The position numbers were made by a program, and so were the translations under genes. 38,535 nt of DNA, from contig JBGQEL010000034.1 in assembly GCA_041496385.1 (NCBI GenBank), positions 1 through 38,535 on the forward strand, in the 5' to 3' direction. Below are positions 21,108 through 32,576 of this stretch, one piece after another. Every line of letters starts with the position of its first letter. The first letter of the stretch is position 1. Under the pieces are notes generated by a model. It was not told the origin of the DNA. It did no database searches and saw nothing but the letters and a program-made list of their open reading frames with translations. This DNA comes from Candidatus Methylomirabilia bacterium (GTDB lineage Bacteria > Methylomirabilota > Methylomirabilia > Rokubacteriales > CSP1-6).

Positions 21108-21344
21108 CTAGGCCGCGCGCGTCTGCGCGACGATCCGGTGGAGGACCCACCCGCTGGCGTCCTGACCGCCGACGCGCTCAGCCCGCTCGAACAGGCTCAG
21201 CCGGCCGCGGCGCCGAGCCGATGGATACTCGACCAGCACCGCCCGCCGGCCGAGCCGGACGGCCTCCGCCGGTAACGGAGCCTCGACGTCCTGACGCGCC
21301 AGGATCCCTCGCCGCTCGTTGTAGAACTCCATCCGCCACGTCAT
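21108..21344 (-). CDS. 78-aa hypothetical protein upstream of ftsH
   Basis: [17 protein letters not shown]...GWVLHRIV. Occupies the gap between the operator region and ftsH. Confidence 0.6.
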   Translation of the reverse strand: MTWRMEFYNERRGILARQDVEAPLPAEAVRLGRRAVLVEYPSARRRGRLSLFERAERVGGQDASGWVLHRIVAQTRAA

Positions 21345-21373
21345 AACGCTCGGGGACCCTCTCGATCCTGCTA

Positions 21374-21435
21374 CTGTACCTATCAGATAGTACACTATAT
21401 CATTATCGTCATTCTGTACTATTATAGTAGTACAG
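21374..21435. promoter_or_regulatory. Tandem GntR/YtrA-like operators CTGTACCTATCAGATAGTACAC (21374-21395) and CTGTACTATTATAGTAGTACAG (21414-21435) in the ftsH/groES divergent promoter
   Basis: The second box has perfect 8-bp arms. The region is AT-rich within GC-rich DNA. Confidence 0.85.
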
Positions 21436-21479
21436 CAGTTCCATCCCGTGCTCACGACCCTGAAGGGAAGGCGTCCACT

Positions 21480-23427
<1,948 letters not shown>

Positions 23428-23435
23428 CCGAAAAT

Positions 23436-23471
23436 CAGCGGGCGCTTCCGGAGCATCGGAAGCGCCCGCTG
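23436..23471. terminator. 15-bp-stem hairpin after groEL, probably bidirectional
   Basis: CAGCGGGCGCTTCCG-gagcat-CGGAAGCGCCCGCTG. A T-run follows on the minus strand. Confidence 0.8.
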
Positions 23472-23595
23472 GTGCCAATCTCATTTCTTGATAAGAAGTT
23501 CAAGCCCATCGGCGCATGCGCGCGCTACAGCATAGCCAGCCTTCTCTTGCCCGGGCATCTTGACGAGCGTCAGGACAGATCTGATGATGTCCACG

Positions 23596-24285
23596 TCACG
23601 GTGTCAACTCCACGGCAATCCCGATAACGTCGCCGAACGGAATCCGCGTGGCGACCGCTGCGCGACTCCCCGGGAACAGCGAGTAGGCCCACCGGAGGTG
23701 GCGAAGCCGCCGGCCCGCGGAGGCGGAGGCGAGCGCGTGAAGCGACGTGCACGAGAAGTCGCGTGCCTGGCCGAGCAGCGGACGTCGTGCGTCAGGGCCC
23801 CAACGGCGTGAGAGCCCACCCAGACTCCAGCGGTTCAGCGCGACGACGAGTACGCCCTGACGCGCGACTCTCATCGCCTCGGTCAGCGCCCGTGCCGGCC
23901 GGTCGACGAACTCGAGCGTGATGACAAAGATGCTGAGGTCGACGGCGCGGTCCCGAATCGGCAGGTGGTGAGCGTCGCCGTGGATAAGGGGCAAACGAGG
24001 GTGGCGCCGTCGTGCCTCCGTCACCATCGCGGCGGCGCGTTCGAGCCCCACGACGTATCGCAGCCTCGCTGCGAGGCACCTCGTGAAGTGGGCGGTCCCG
24101 CAGCCGACTTCGAGCGCGCTCTGCGCTGTCGCGAATGGAGCCAGCAGGCGCCCGAGGAGTGCTCGCTCGGCGCGATCGGCGCGCCGACCGCGCGGGGTCG
24201 CGTACCAGTCCTCATAGGCGCTGGCGTCGCGGTCGAAAAGCTGCCAGGCGCCGACAGGCGGCTGACCCTCAGACGGGGCAGGCAT
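23596..24285 (-). CDS. Class I SAM-dependent methyltransferase
   Basis: YEDWY, LEVGCGTAHF, GDAHHLP, LEFV..P..AL.EA.RV. Confidence 0.88.
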   Translation of the reverse strand: MPAPSEGQPPVGAWQLFDRDASAYEDWYATPRGRRADRAERALLGRLLAPFATAQSALEVGCGTAHFTRCLAARLRYVVGLERAAAMVTEARRRHPRLPLIHGDAHHLPIRDRAVDLSIFVITLEFVDRPARALTEAMRVARQGVLVVALNRWSLGGLSRRWGPDARRPLLGQARDFSCTSLHALASASAGRRLRHLRWAYSLFPGSRAAVATRIPFGDVIGIAVELTP

Positions 24286-24408
24286 TCGAGACCGTCACGG
24301 TCATGACCACGTGGCCGAGGGCCCCAGCCCGGACAAATGCCGCCTCGAGCGCGCCGAAGACGGTTGCCGCGTCGCCGGATAGATGGCGACCTGCGCACTG
24401 ACGGTCAT
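24269..24408 (-). pseudogene. YkoF/thiamine-binding-like gene with internal deletion and frameshift
   Basis: N-terminus MTVSAQVAIYP is in one frame. The C-terminus GDAATVFGALEAAFVRAGALGHVVMTVTVSNACPV* follows immediately in another frame. Confidence 0.7.
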
Positions 24409-26105
24409 TCGATGCCTCCCATCGCGCCGCCAGCGCGGTGCGAGGCGGCCGGTTGCAGCGCGAGGGCGGGGTCGGCGATCGGGTCGACCTCCCAGGCCTC
24501 GACGGGGCCGAGAATGTTCTTCAGAGGGATGGCGCCGAGGCTCCTCAGCCGAAACCGTCCGCGCAAGCGACGGGCGGTCTCGGCGGTCACGAGGATTTGG
24601 CCGCCGGCGGCTCGATCGCCGAGACGCGCCGCGAGGTTCGTCACCGGCCCCGTGGCCGTGAACGTCCAACGCTCGCCGACAGCCCCGTGGAGCCTGATCA
24701 CTCCCACGTCGCAGTCGCCGGAGCTGATGCCGATGTTGACGGCGATCTGCGGACGGGTGTTTCCAGCTTCGCGGTTCGCGACGCCGGTCTTGTCGCGAAC
24801 CGCGAGGGCGGTGCGGACGGCAGCGGCGGCGTGGTCCTCGGCCTCTGCAGACTGGAAGAGGATCATGAGGCCGTCGCCAGCGGTCTCGTTGATGTCGCCG
24901 CCTTCCGCCCGGATGTCGGACAGGAAGAGCGAGAAGTAGTGCTCGATGAGCGCGGTGAGCTCCTCGTGGCGGAGTTGCTCGCTCAATCGCGCGTAGCCCT
25001 CGATGTCGAGGAAGAGGACCGTCACGTCCTGCGTTCGCTTCTGTAAGGCGGTCGCGTCGGGGTTTTCCTCGAGCGCGCGGCGCACGGTGTCGGGTACAAA
25101 CCGGTCCAGTCCCCGCTTGACGCTCTCCAGAAAGGCCACGCGGTCCAGCGCCCCGGCGAGTTCGCGATTTCGCGTCTCGAGCGCCGTGTAACTCTCGGCG
25201 AGCCGCTCCGCCATGAGGTTGAAGCCCTCTACCAGGCCTCCGATCTCGTCCGTGGCCCGCACCGGCTCGCGGACTGAGAAATCGCCGGCGCGCAATCGGG
25301 CCATCGCCGCTTCGAGCGCGCGCAGGGGGACGTCGATGGACCGAGCCAGGAGCCACGCGAGCCCGGCACCGCCGAGCGCGGCGGTCGCGGCGATGAAGAT
25401 CACGACCGAAACGACACGGAGGAGCAGCGGGTCTCGTGACGCGTCGAGGCCGTCCAGGCGCATCGAGGCGGTCAAGGCGACCGCGCTCAGCGGGAGGAAG
25501 CCGATCGCGAGCCAGAGGAGGAGGAGACGATGGGCGAGGCGGACCCTCCAGATGCCGCGATTCCCCGCGATCGGGGCGGCGGTGAGAAGCACGGGCCACG
25601 CGTGCGTGCGGCAGACGTACTCCGATGCGAAGAACACCGCGACGGCCGCGATCAGGCCGGCCAGCAGCGGGCGGAGGATGAAATGCGCCGCCAGGCCGAT
25701 GGTCAGTGCGGCCGGGATCGTGCGCAGACGCAGGACAACCAGAACGTCGACGAGCATCCAGCTCATCAGCGAGAACGCGGCGAGTGAGACCGGAGCGTTC
25801 GACACCCTTCGCACGACGGCGGCGGGGACGTCGACGGTGCTGTCGTTGGTGCGTCTCCTCCAAACGGCGCTCAACCAGCGCGAGACCGGCCACAGGTAGA
25901 TGCTCGTCGCGGCGGTCGGGAGCAGGAAGGTCAGGTACAGCGTGGCCCGGTGATAGGTCTCCGCGTGGGCGGAGGCCGATGCCGGTAGATCCGGTCTCAG
26001 GTTGAGGGAGCTGTACGTCATCAGTACGGCCGTCACCGCGACATTGACGAAGAAGACCAGCAGCGGAAGCGCCTGTATGCGTTCGGGCCTCGCGCGCCGA
26101 ATCAC
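24405..26105 (-). CDS. Membrane-bound HAMP + class III nucleotidyl (adenylate/guanylate) cyclase
   Basis: About 6 TM segments, HAMP (DEIGGLVEGFNLMAERL), LFLDIEGY, ETAGDGLM, TGPVTNLAARL. Confidence 0.92.
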   Translation of the reverse strand: MIRRARPERIQALPLLVFFVNVAVTAVLMTYSSLNLRPDLPASASAHAETYHRATLYLTFLLPTAATSIYLWPVSRWLSAVWRRRTNDSTVDVPAAVVRRVSNAPVSLAAFSLMSWMLVDVLVVLRLRTIPAALTIGLAAHFILRPLLAGLIAAVAVFFASEYVCRTHAWPVLLTAAPIAGNRGIWRVRLAHRLLLLWLAIGFLPLSAVALTASMRLDGLDASRDPLLLRVVSVVIFIAATAALGGAGLAWLLARSIDVPLRALEAAMARLRAGDFSVREPVRATDEIGGLVEGFNLMAERLAESYTALETRNRELAGALDRVAFLESVKRGLDRFVPDTVRRALEENPDATALQKRTQDVTVLFLDIEGYARLSEQLRHEELTALIEHYFSLFLSDIRAEGGDINETAGDGLMILFQSAEAEDHAAAAVRTALAVRDKTGVANREAGNTRPQIAVNIGISSGDCDVGVIRLHGAVGERWTFTATGPVTNLAARLGDRAAGGQILVTAETARRLRGRFRLRSLGAIPLKNILGPVEAWEVDPIADPALALQPAASHRAGGAMGGIE

Positions 26106-26176
26106 GCCACGCCCCGTGCCGCTCGTGGTGAGTGGCCGTGGGTGAGCAGGCCCTTGCGGACGTCCTGGACTTTCAT
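26102..26176 (-). pseudogene. 24-codon remnant (MKVQDVRKG...), possibly a CBS-domain gene with its body deleted
   Basis: Good RBS and ATG. The stop overlaps the cyclase GTG (GTGA). MKVQDV resembles CBS-protein N-termini. Confidence 0.35.
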
Positions 26177-26189
26177 GGCCGTCTCCCCC

Positions 26190-26924
26190 TCACCGCGCTG
26201 AGCCGACGAGTGCCTCCGCGTCGCCCGGAGCGTGGAGGTGCTCACCGATGCTGATGCGACCATCGATCATCCTGTACACGCGGTCGAAGCCCTCCAGCAT
26301 CCGGTCGTCGTGCGTGACGACGATCACTGCGGCTTGTCGCTCCCGCCCCAGTCGACGGAGGAGATCCATGACGGCCTTGCCGCGCTCGGTGTCGAGCGAC
26401 GCGGTCGGCTCGTCGGCCAGGATGACCGCCGGATCGTTGATGACCGCGCGCGCGACGGCCAGTCGCTGCTGCTCGCCGCCCGACAACGTGGGCGGATGGA
26501 CGTCGGCGCGGCGCCCCAGGTCCAGGCGATCGAGCAGCGCCCGCGCTCGCCGCCTGGCTTCGCTGACGGACACTCCGTTGAGCGTGAGCACGAGGGCAAC
26601 GTTCTCGATCGCAGTGAGGAAGGGGATCAGGTTGTACGACTGGAAGATCACGCCCATGCGCTCACGCCGCAGGCGGCGATCGTCGACCAGCACGCGACCG
26701 TTCTCGCAGACCACCTGCCCGTCGACAACGACCCGCCCGCGCGAGGGCGGGTCGATCAGCGACAGCGCGCGCAGGAGCGTGGTCTTGCCCGAGCCGCTCG
26801 GGCCCATCAAGGCGACCAGCTCCCCGGCCTCCACCGAGATCGACGCGTCGTCCAGCGCCACGACCTCGGTCTCCCCTCGGCCGAAGACCTTAGTGACGTG
26901 CTCGCCGACGATCTTCGGCGTCAT
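26190..26924 (-). CDS. ABC transporter ATP-binding protein (MacB/LolD-like)
   Basis: [26 protein letters not shown]. Confidence 0.95.
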   Translation of the reverse strand: MTPKIVGEHVTKVFGRGETEVVALDDASISVEAGELVALMGPSGSGKTTLLRALSLIDPPSRGRVVVDGQVVCENGRVLVDDRRLRRERMGVIFQSYNLIPFLTAIENVALVLTLNGVSVSEARRRARALLDRLDLGRRADVHPPTLSGGEQQRLAVARAVINDPAVILADEPTASLDTERGKAVMDLLRRLGRERQAAVIVVTHDDRMLEGFDRVYRMIDGRISIGEHLHAPGDAEALVGSAR

Positions 26925-28117
26925 CCCCCGCCCCCGAGCGCCGTGGTCAGGTCCACTCGCAGCGCCTTCGAGATGCCGAGCAGGCTCGCGATCACACAGA
27001 TGCCGAGGACGATGGCCAAGAGCACCAACTGGTCCGACGCCAGGATGACGAGGCGGCGCGGAAAGTACTGGTACGTGCGGCCGATGATCAGCGCCCCCAG
27101 CCCGAAGCCGAGAAGACCCAGCGCGACGGATTCTTGGAGAATGAGCGCGGCGATCGTGCGATCCGGTGTGCCCACGACCTTCAGCGTCGCGATGTCGCGC
27201 GTCTTCTCGAGCGTCATCGTGTAGATGATGAGCGCGATGATGACGGTCGAGACGACCAGCAGGATCGCCCGCATGAGGAGCGTCTGCTTGCGCCCGCGCT
27301 CGATCACGCTCTTCGCGAGCACGTCCTCCTGCTGCGCAGCCGTCAGCGCTCGATAGTAGTTCCAGCGCTCGATCTGCGCCTGGACTGCCGGCGCATGAGC
27401 CCCCGGTGCGAGACGGACGAGGATCGCGTTCGCCAAGTGCGTGTTCTGAACGATCGGCGACAGCGCCTCGCGAGAGACGGTCGCCAACGCGGGGTTGGCC
27501 CGGAGATCCGCGTCGAGGCGCGCACGATCGTTTCGCACCGCTTCGTTGGCCTTCGAAAACTGGATCTCCTGCGCGTCGAGGAGTGACACGAATGCGACGG
27601 GATCTCCGTTGGTCGACACGATGCCCTCGGTGTGCCCGACGATCCGGAAAACGAGACGGCCGATGCGGATCTCCGTGCCGACCGGCAGCCCGGCGTCCCG
27701 GCCGATCACCATCTCGTACCGGCTCCGGACGATCGGCCGGCCGGCGACCACGGCCGGTGGGCCGCCGAGGCCGCCGAGCCGATAGCCGATCAGCTGGACG
27801 CGAAAGGGCTTCGCGCCGATCCGAAACTGGAGGTTCTGGAAGGCGACCGGGCTGGCCTCGGCGACGCCGGGCACGGCCCGGATGACTCGGTAGAGGTCGT
27901 CGGGCACTCTCGATGTCTCTGCGAAGGGGCCGTTGGTGTCCTTCTGGACCACCCAGACGTCGGCGCCCGACGCGCGGATGATGCTGAGCGCCTCGACCAC
28001 GAGTCCCTGGTAGACGCCGCCCATCGTCATCACGCTCGTCAAGAGAAGGCCCAGTCCCAGCGCGGTCAGCATGAACCGGCCGAGGCGGTAGCGGACGTCG
28101 CGGAGCGCGAGGTTCAT
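26921..28117 (-). CDS. ABC transporter permease (MacB/FtsX-like)
   Basis: One N-terminal TM, a periplasmic domain, three C-terminal TMs, [13 protein letters not shown]. Confidence 0.92.
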   Translation of the reverse strand: MNLALRDVRYRLGRFMLTALGLGLLLTSVMTMGGVYQGLVVEALSIIRASGADVWVVQKDTNGPFAETSRVPDDLYRVIRAVPGVAEASPVAFQNLQFRIGAKPFRVQLIGYRLGGLGGPPAVVAGRPIVRSRYEMVIGRDAGLPVGTEIRIGRLVFRIVGHTEGIVSTNGDPVAFVSLLDAQEIQFSKANEAVRNDRARLDADLRANPALATVSREALSPIVQNTHLANAILVRLAPGAHAPAVQAQIERWNYYRALTAAQQEDVLAKSVIERGRKQTLLMRAILLVVSTVIIALIIYTMTLEKTRDIATLKVVGTPDRTIAALILQESVALGLLGFGLGALIIGRTYQYFPRRLVILASDQLVLLAIVLGICVIASLLGISKALRVDLTTALGGGG

Positions 28118-28135
28118 GCCGCTCGTTCCTGACCG

Positions 28136-29536
28136 CTACGGCCCGGCCGCCGCGGGCATGATCCGCACCCGCCGCCCGTCATTCGAGGGATCGGCGAGTG
28201 GGCCGGGCGCCACCACAACCTCGGCGCCGGGGCGAAGGCCGCCGAGCACCTCCACCCAGCCGGCAGGGTCGACGGCGCCGAACCGCGCCGCCGCGAAGTG
28301 CAGGCGGCCGGCCTCGATCACGAGGGCTCCGGACGCGTCGGGCCGCCGCACGATGGCGGCGAGCGGCAGCGCGGTGACGGCACGGCGAGCTGGCGGTCGG
28401 ATGCTCACCTCGACCTGCTCACCCAGGATGAGTCGCGAGGGACGCTCGACGAGCGCGACGTCGACCGCGAGTTGCTCGGTGACCCGATCCCCCTCGCGCT
28501 GAATGCGGGCGACACGTCCGGGAAACGAGCGCCCGGGGAGCGACCGGAACGTGATGTCGGCGCGATCGCCGACGGCAAGGGCCGCGGTATCGCGCGCGTC
28601 CACGTAGACCGTCGCCCAGGCGGTGCGCGGATCCGCGATCTTGAAGATGGCGATACCGGGGTTCACGATGCCGCCGGGCTCCAGCTCGCGGCTCACCACG
28701 TAGCCATCGAGCGGGCTCGCGATGACGGTCTCGGCCAGGTTTGCTCGCGAGAGCGCGAGCGCGGACTGCGCCGCCTGGAGCTGGGCGCGGGCCGCGTCGA
28801 CCTGATCCTTCCGCGCCCAGTTCTCCAGCAAGAGGTCGAGCCCGTGACGGACATCGCGCTCCGTCGCGGTCGCGACGTCATACCCCTGGCGTGCACGATC
28901 CATGTCCTGCACCGAGATCAATTCCCTCGCGGACAGCTCTCGGGCCCGCTGGTAGTCGTGCTCGGCCAGCGTGCGCGTGGCGGTCGCGCTCGCGAGTCGG
29001 GCCCGCATCTGCTCGAGCTCTTGCGGACGGGGACCGGCCAGGAGGTCGCGCAGCTGGGCCTCGGCCGTGCGCACGTTCGCCTCGCCGCGGTCCAGGTCCG
29101 CCGCGTATTGCGCCGCGTCGAGGCGCGCGAGGATCTCTCCCGCCCTGATCGTGTCGCCCTGATCCACGAGAACCGATACGACGCGCCCGGTGACCTTGCT
29201 GCTGACGTTGACGACGACCTTCGCCTCGACGGTGCCCACGCCTTGAATCGAGGGCGTGACGTCGCGCGTCGTCACGGGGGCGACTGTCACCACTGGTGGG
29301 CGAAACAGGTAGACCGCGCCGATCACCGCAACAACGAGCAGCGTGCCGCCGATGAGGACTCTCTTGAGCGACAGAGCGAGACGCCGACTCGGCGACGTCG
29401 CCGCCGGGGTGCGGGACGGACCCGACACCCCGGCGCCGTTCGGAGTCGGGCGCGCCACGACATCAGCCGTCGACGCTGGCCCGGCGATCACGGCCGGGGC
29501 ACCGTCTCGCGCGACCGCCGGTCCAGCGTTGCTCAT
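28136..29536 (-). CDS. Efflux membrane-fusion (periplasmic adaptor) protein
   Basis: Lipoyl halves ([24 protein letters not shown]) flank a long helical hairpin. Confidence 0.92.
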   Translation of the reverse strand: MSNAGPAVARDGAPAVIAGPASTADVVARPTPNGAGVSGPSRTPAATSPSRRLALSLKRVLIGGTLLVVAVIGAVYLFRPPVVTVAPVTTRDVTPSIQGVGTVEAKVVVNVSSKVTGRVVSVLVDQGDTIRAGEILARLDAAQYAADLDRGEANVRTAEAQLRDLLAGPRPQELEQMRARLASATATRTLAEHDYQRARELSARELISVQDMDRARQGYDVATATERDVRHGLDLLLENWARKDQVDAARAQLQAAQSALALSRANLAETVIASPLDGYVVSRELEPGGIVNPGIAIFKIADPRTAWATVYVDARDTAALAVGDRADITFRSLPGRSFPGRVARIQREGDRVTEQLAVDVALVERPSRLILGEQVEVSIRPPARRAVTALPLAAIVRRPDASGALVIEAGRLHFAAARFGAVDPAGWVEVLGGLRPGAEVVVAPGPLADPSNDGRRVRIMPAAAGP

Positions 29537-29542
29537 CTTCAG

Positions 29543-29956
29543 CTACCGCACGTACTTCAGGAGCTCGAGTGCGGCATGCGCATTCGCCAGCGCGCGCTGA
29601 GCGTCCGCGTCCCTGCATGCCGTCTCGGCTTCGTTCACCAGCCTCCGGGCGTTGGCGAGAGCGTTGGCGCGGCCCTTCGCCACGTTACGTGGCGCCTGCG
29701 TGTCCTGGCCGCGCGGCGCCTGGGTGTCCTGCCCGCGGGGTGCCTGCGTGTCCTGGCCGCGCGGCGCCTGGGTGTCCTGCCCGCGCGCTCCGGCCTGGGA
29801 CTTCGACGGCTGCGCGGCTTTCGGTGCGGGCGCTGTCTTGGCCGTCAGGACCGTTCTTGCTTCCGTCACCTCCGGCGGGCACGGCGCCGCGGCGCTGGTG
29901 ATCGCCGGAGATACGAACATGACGACGGCGGTTGCGAGTATTGGGAAAGATCTCAT
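29543..29956 (-). CDS. Secreted protein with 4x RGQDTQAP repeats and two Cys
   Basis: Signal peptide MRSFPILATAVVMFVSPAITSAAA. CPPEV...ETACRD. Confidence 0.8.
   Translation of the reverse strand: MRSFPILATAVVMFVSPAITSAAAPCPPEVTEARTVLTAKTAPAPKAAQPSKSQAGARGQDTQAPRGQDTQAPRGQDTQAPRGQDTQAPRNVAKGRANALANARRLVNEAETACRDADAQRALANAHAALELLKYVR
29690..29785. repeat. 4 x 24-bp coding tandem repeat with ABAB (48-bp) higher-order structure
   Basis: Units alternate ...ctgcgtgtcctggccgcg and ...ctgggtgtcctgcccgcg. Confidence 0.95.
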
Positions 29957-29965
29957 CTCAGTTCT

Positions 29966-29993
29966 CCGTATGGCGTCGGCCGTATGGCGTCGG
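29966..29993. repeat. Perfect 14-bp tandem duplication CCGTATGGCGTCGG x2
   Basis: Read directly, about 10 nt upstream of ATG 29956. Confidence 0.9.
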
Positions 29994-30003
29994 CTGAAGA
30001 ATT

Positions 30004-30020
30004 TGCATGAGCCGAGCCAA
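30004..30020 (-). promoter_or_regulatory. Putative sigma-54 (-24/-12) promoter TTGGCTCGGCTCATGCA
   Basis: GG-N10-GC spacing in TGGC...TGCA context, intergenic, upstream of the exporter operon. Confidence 0.6.
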
Positions 30021-30145
30021 AGCTGTGGGCACGTTTCAGACAGGAATCTCACGACGTTCCGGACAACGCGATCGGGAGCACGCTGGGAGATACGCGCCCC
30101 ATTGGGGCGGGGATGCCTCAGGGGAGGGAGTAGTCCCAAAGTAGC

Positions 30146-30180
30146 CGGGGGCTCTCGAGGCCACGCCACCAGAGCCCCCG
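30146..30180 (-). terminator. Hairpin after the 136-aa secreted protein gene
   Basis: CGGGGGCTCT...AGAGCCCCCG, 10-bp stem. Confidence 0.55.
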
Positions 30181-30193
30181 CTGATGGGAACGC

Positions 30194-30604
30194 CTATCCC
30201 TGGCGCTGCGGCGCAGGGAACGGCATCACGCGACCGAACGGGCTGATGTGGAGCGTCCTGCTCTCTCCCTTCGGGCCCTTGAGCTCGACGGTGTACATCG
30301 TCCGCGGCATCCCCGTGGTCGGGATCACCTTCTCCACGGTAAATCCCTTCAGCTGCTCGTCCACGTACTTCTGCGCGAGCGCCTTGGCCTGGTCCTCGGT
30401 CACCTGCGTGCCGTTCATCGCGCCGGGCGCGTGCATGCCGGGTCCCATCGGGCCGCCGGCCTGCGCCATCATCTGCGGCCCCATCCGCATCATCATCGCG
30501 TGCCCCATGCCCGGCCCGTGGTGCGGACCCATGAAAGCGACGGCGGCGTGGGCCACGACGAACACGGCGGCGACCGCCGCCACGACGATCAGAATCTTCT
30601 TCAT
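30194..30604 (-). CDS. Secreted Met/His/Gly-rich protein with PepSY-like C-terminus
   Basis: Signal peptide, then MGPHHGPGMGHAMMMRMG. VTEDQAKALAQKY...YTVELKGP...ISPFG. Confidence 0.8.
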   Translation of the reverse strand: MKKILIVVAAVAAVFVVAHAAVAFMGPHHGPGMGHAMMMRMGPQMMAQAGGPMGPGMHAPGAMNGTQVTEDQAKALAQKYVDEQLKGFTVEKVIPTTGMPRTMYTVELKGPKGESRTLHISPFGRVMPFPAPQRQG

Positions 30605-30629
30605 CGCGTGCTTCTCCTTCTTCCTCTGA

Positions 30630-31223
30630 TTACTTCATCGGAGCGCCGGCGCCGGGCAAGCCCCCTCCATGAGGGCCCATCGGCCGGCGCGCGCTCCAGC
30701 GCGCCTCGTGATAGAGGCGGCGCTGCTCGTCGGTGAGCAGCTCGCGCGTCCTGAGGTGAACCGTGAGATGGACCAGGCGTACCTCGGTTCGGGCCTTCTC
30801 CACCTCGGCGACCGCCGTGCTTACGGAGGCCTCATCTGCCTGACCGCTCGCAAACAGTTGGCGGAGCCTGGCCTCGGCGTCGAGCAATCGAGCGCTCTTG
30901 GGCTTCGACTCGGCGAACATCGCGGTCAGCAGCGCCTGGATCTTGCCCTCTTGCTCCGTCGTCAGCCTCAACCGGTCTTTCAGCTCGAGGACGTGCAGTG
31001 GCCCGGGATATCCGTTCTGATCCGCCACGAAGGCCATGCCGAAGCCTCGACCGGTGGCGATGTTCTGCTCGAAGGCGATGGCGTACATCTCGGCGAGCAT
31101 GTGAGGAGGCGGGCTGCCGGCTCCGGGTTGCGGCATGGGATGCTGCGCTTCCGGGCTCTGCACTGCGAGGATGAGGATCACCGCAGCGGTGGTCAGGGCG
31201 ATCAGTGATTTCTGGCTTCGCAT
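30630..31223 (-). CDS. Spy/CpxP-like periplasmic protein
   Basis: Signal peptide, GMAFVADQNGYPGPLHVLEL, and two LTxxQ motifs (LTTEQ, LTDEQ). Confidence 0.82.
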   Translation of the reverse strand: MRSQKSLIALTTAAVILILAVQSPEAQHPMPQPGAGSPPPHMLAEMYAIAFEQNIATGRGFGMAFVADQNGYPGPLHVLELKDRLRLTTEQEGKIQALLTAMFAESKPKSARLLDAEARLRQLFASGQADEASVSTAVAEVEKARTEVRLVHLTVHLRTRELLTDEQRRLYHEARWSARRPMGPHGGGLPGAGAPMK

Positions 31224-31293
31224 CCGAACCCTCCTCAATGCGTATGACGGCGAGCGCCTCGCACCACCGCGCTCGTCATCCGACTCACCCGAC

Positions 31294-31337
31294 AGTATGG
31301 AGAAGTCGCGCTGGCTGAATCTATGACTTAAGTCACA
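31294..31337 (-). promoter_or_regulatory. CRP/FNR-family box TGTGACTTAAGTCATA, 22 nt upstream of -10-like CATACT
   Basis: TGTGA-N6-TCATA. Same architecture as 33851-33894. Confidence 0.75.
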
Positions 31338-31401
31338 CGTTCTCCGCGGCTCGTGTGCCGTGCGCAGGAGGGTCACGGTGGCGCCGTGCTGCTTGGCGCG
31401 T

Positions 31402-32549
31402 CTACAGAAACAGCACTGAGACCGGCACTGCCGCTGCGACGATGAGCAGGAGATCGACCTTCCGCCAGAGGGCGATCGCTGCGGCAGAGGCGATCGCCAC
31501 AGTCTTCCAGTCGTCGAGGGAGGCACGAGCGAACTCGAGGAGAACGAACATCAACAGGGCGATGAACGCCGCCAGCACGCCGTGGATCATCCATTGCACG
31601 GCGGGCTGCCGCTTGATCCGATCGTACCGGGGCAGCACTGCCATCAGGATGAGGAACGATGGGAAGAACACGGCCGCCGTGGACATCACCGCGCCGGGGA
31701 GCCCGGCGATCCGGTACCCGAGAAAGGTCGCGGTGATCATGATGGGCCCCGGGGTGACCTGGCCGAGCGCGATGCCGTCAATGAACTCGCGCGTCGTCAG
31801 CCATGCGTAGTGCGCGACAACCTCCTGCTGGATCAAGGGGATCAACGTGAAGCCACCGCCGAAAGCGAGCCCGCCAAGCTTCGCGAGTACCAGATCCAGA
31901 TGGCCGAGCGCCGGGTTCCACGCGTACGGCGCCCAGAGCAGTCCGGCGCCCACGAGCACCCCGATCGTCCAGCCCCGCGCGCTCAAGGCTTGCCGGGCTC
32001 GGAGCGCGGGAGACGCTGTGCGGACTGCCGGTAGAGGGGGATCGCCAGACCGGCGGCTCCCGCGAGAATCAGCATGAAATTCAGACGAAGTAGCATCGCG
32101 ACGAGCGCGAGGCTCGCGATCACCGCGCCCTGCCAACCCCGCAGGCTGGCCCGCCAGAGCCGCAGGCAGGCGTTGAGGACGATGGCAACCACGACGGCCC
32201 CCACGCCCCTGAACAACGCTGCGACGATCGGAAGCGAAGCCCAGTGAACGTATGCGGCGCTGAGCACGGTCATCGCCATGAACGCCGGCAGGATGAACGC
32301 GGCGGCGGCCAGCAACGCTCCCACGGTCCCGCGAAGCCGGTAGCCGATGTAGACACACATCTGCACCATCGTGGCGCCGGGAATCACCTGGCAGAGCGCG
32401 ATCCCCTCGGTGAAATCCTCCTCCGTCACCCAGCGAAGCCGGTCCACCAGTTCATCCTTGAGCCGGGCCGTCATGGCCGGGCCTCCATAGGCCGTCGCGC
32501 CGAGGCGAAGAAACGTGAAGAAGAGCCTCCGCCGCGGCAGACCAGTCAT
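31402..32549 (-). pseudogene. chrA: Chromate efflux transporter split into two frames (31983-32549 and 31402-~31986)
   Basis: Both halves carry CHR motifs: GATAYGG...CQVIPG and LAFGGG...LGQVTPGP. The frame changes in the linker. Confidence 0.75.
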
Positions 32550-32576
32550 TGCGGGCGCTCAGCCAGCCCGATGCTC

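Noticed and set aside
21345..21479. CIRCE or sigma-32 control of groESL
   Set aside because: No TTAGCACTC-N9-GAGTGCTAA and no convincing CTTGAA/CCCCAT pair. The GntR-type boxes explain the AT-rich patch.
23470..23500. GGCACCA (tRNA-like 3' end or sigma-54-like TGGCAC) and a TTCTT-GAT-AAGAA palindrome
   Set aside because: No T-arm upstream, GG-N10-GC spacing fails, and the palindrome is too short with no downstream gene.
29690..29785. Repeat array as a possible CRISPR
   Set aside because: Contiguous in-frame 24-bp units with no spacers, and no cas genes.
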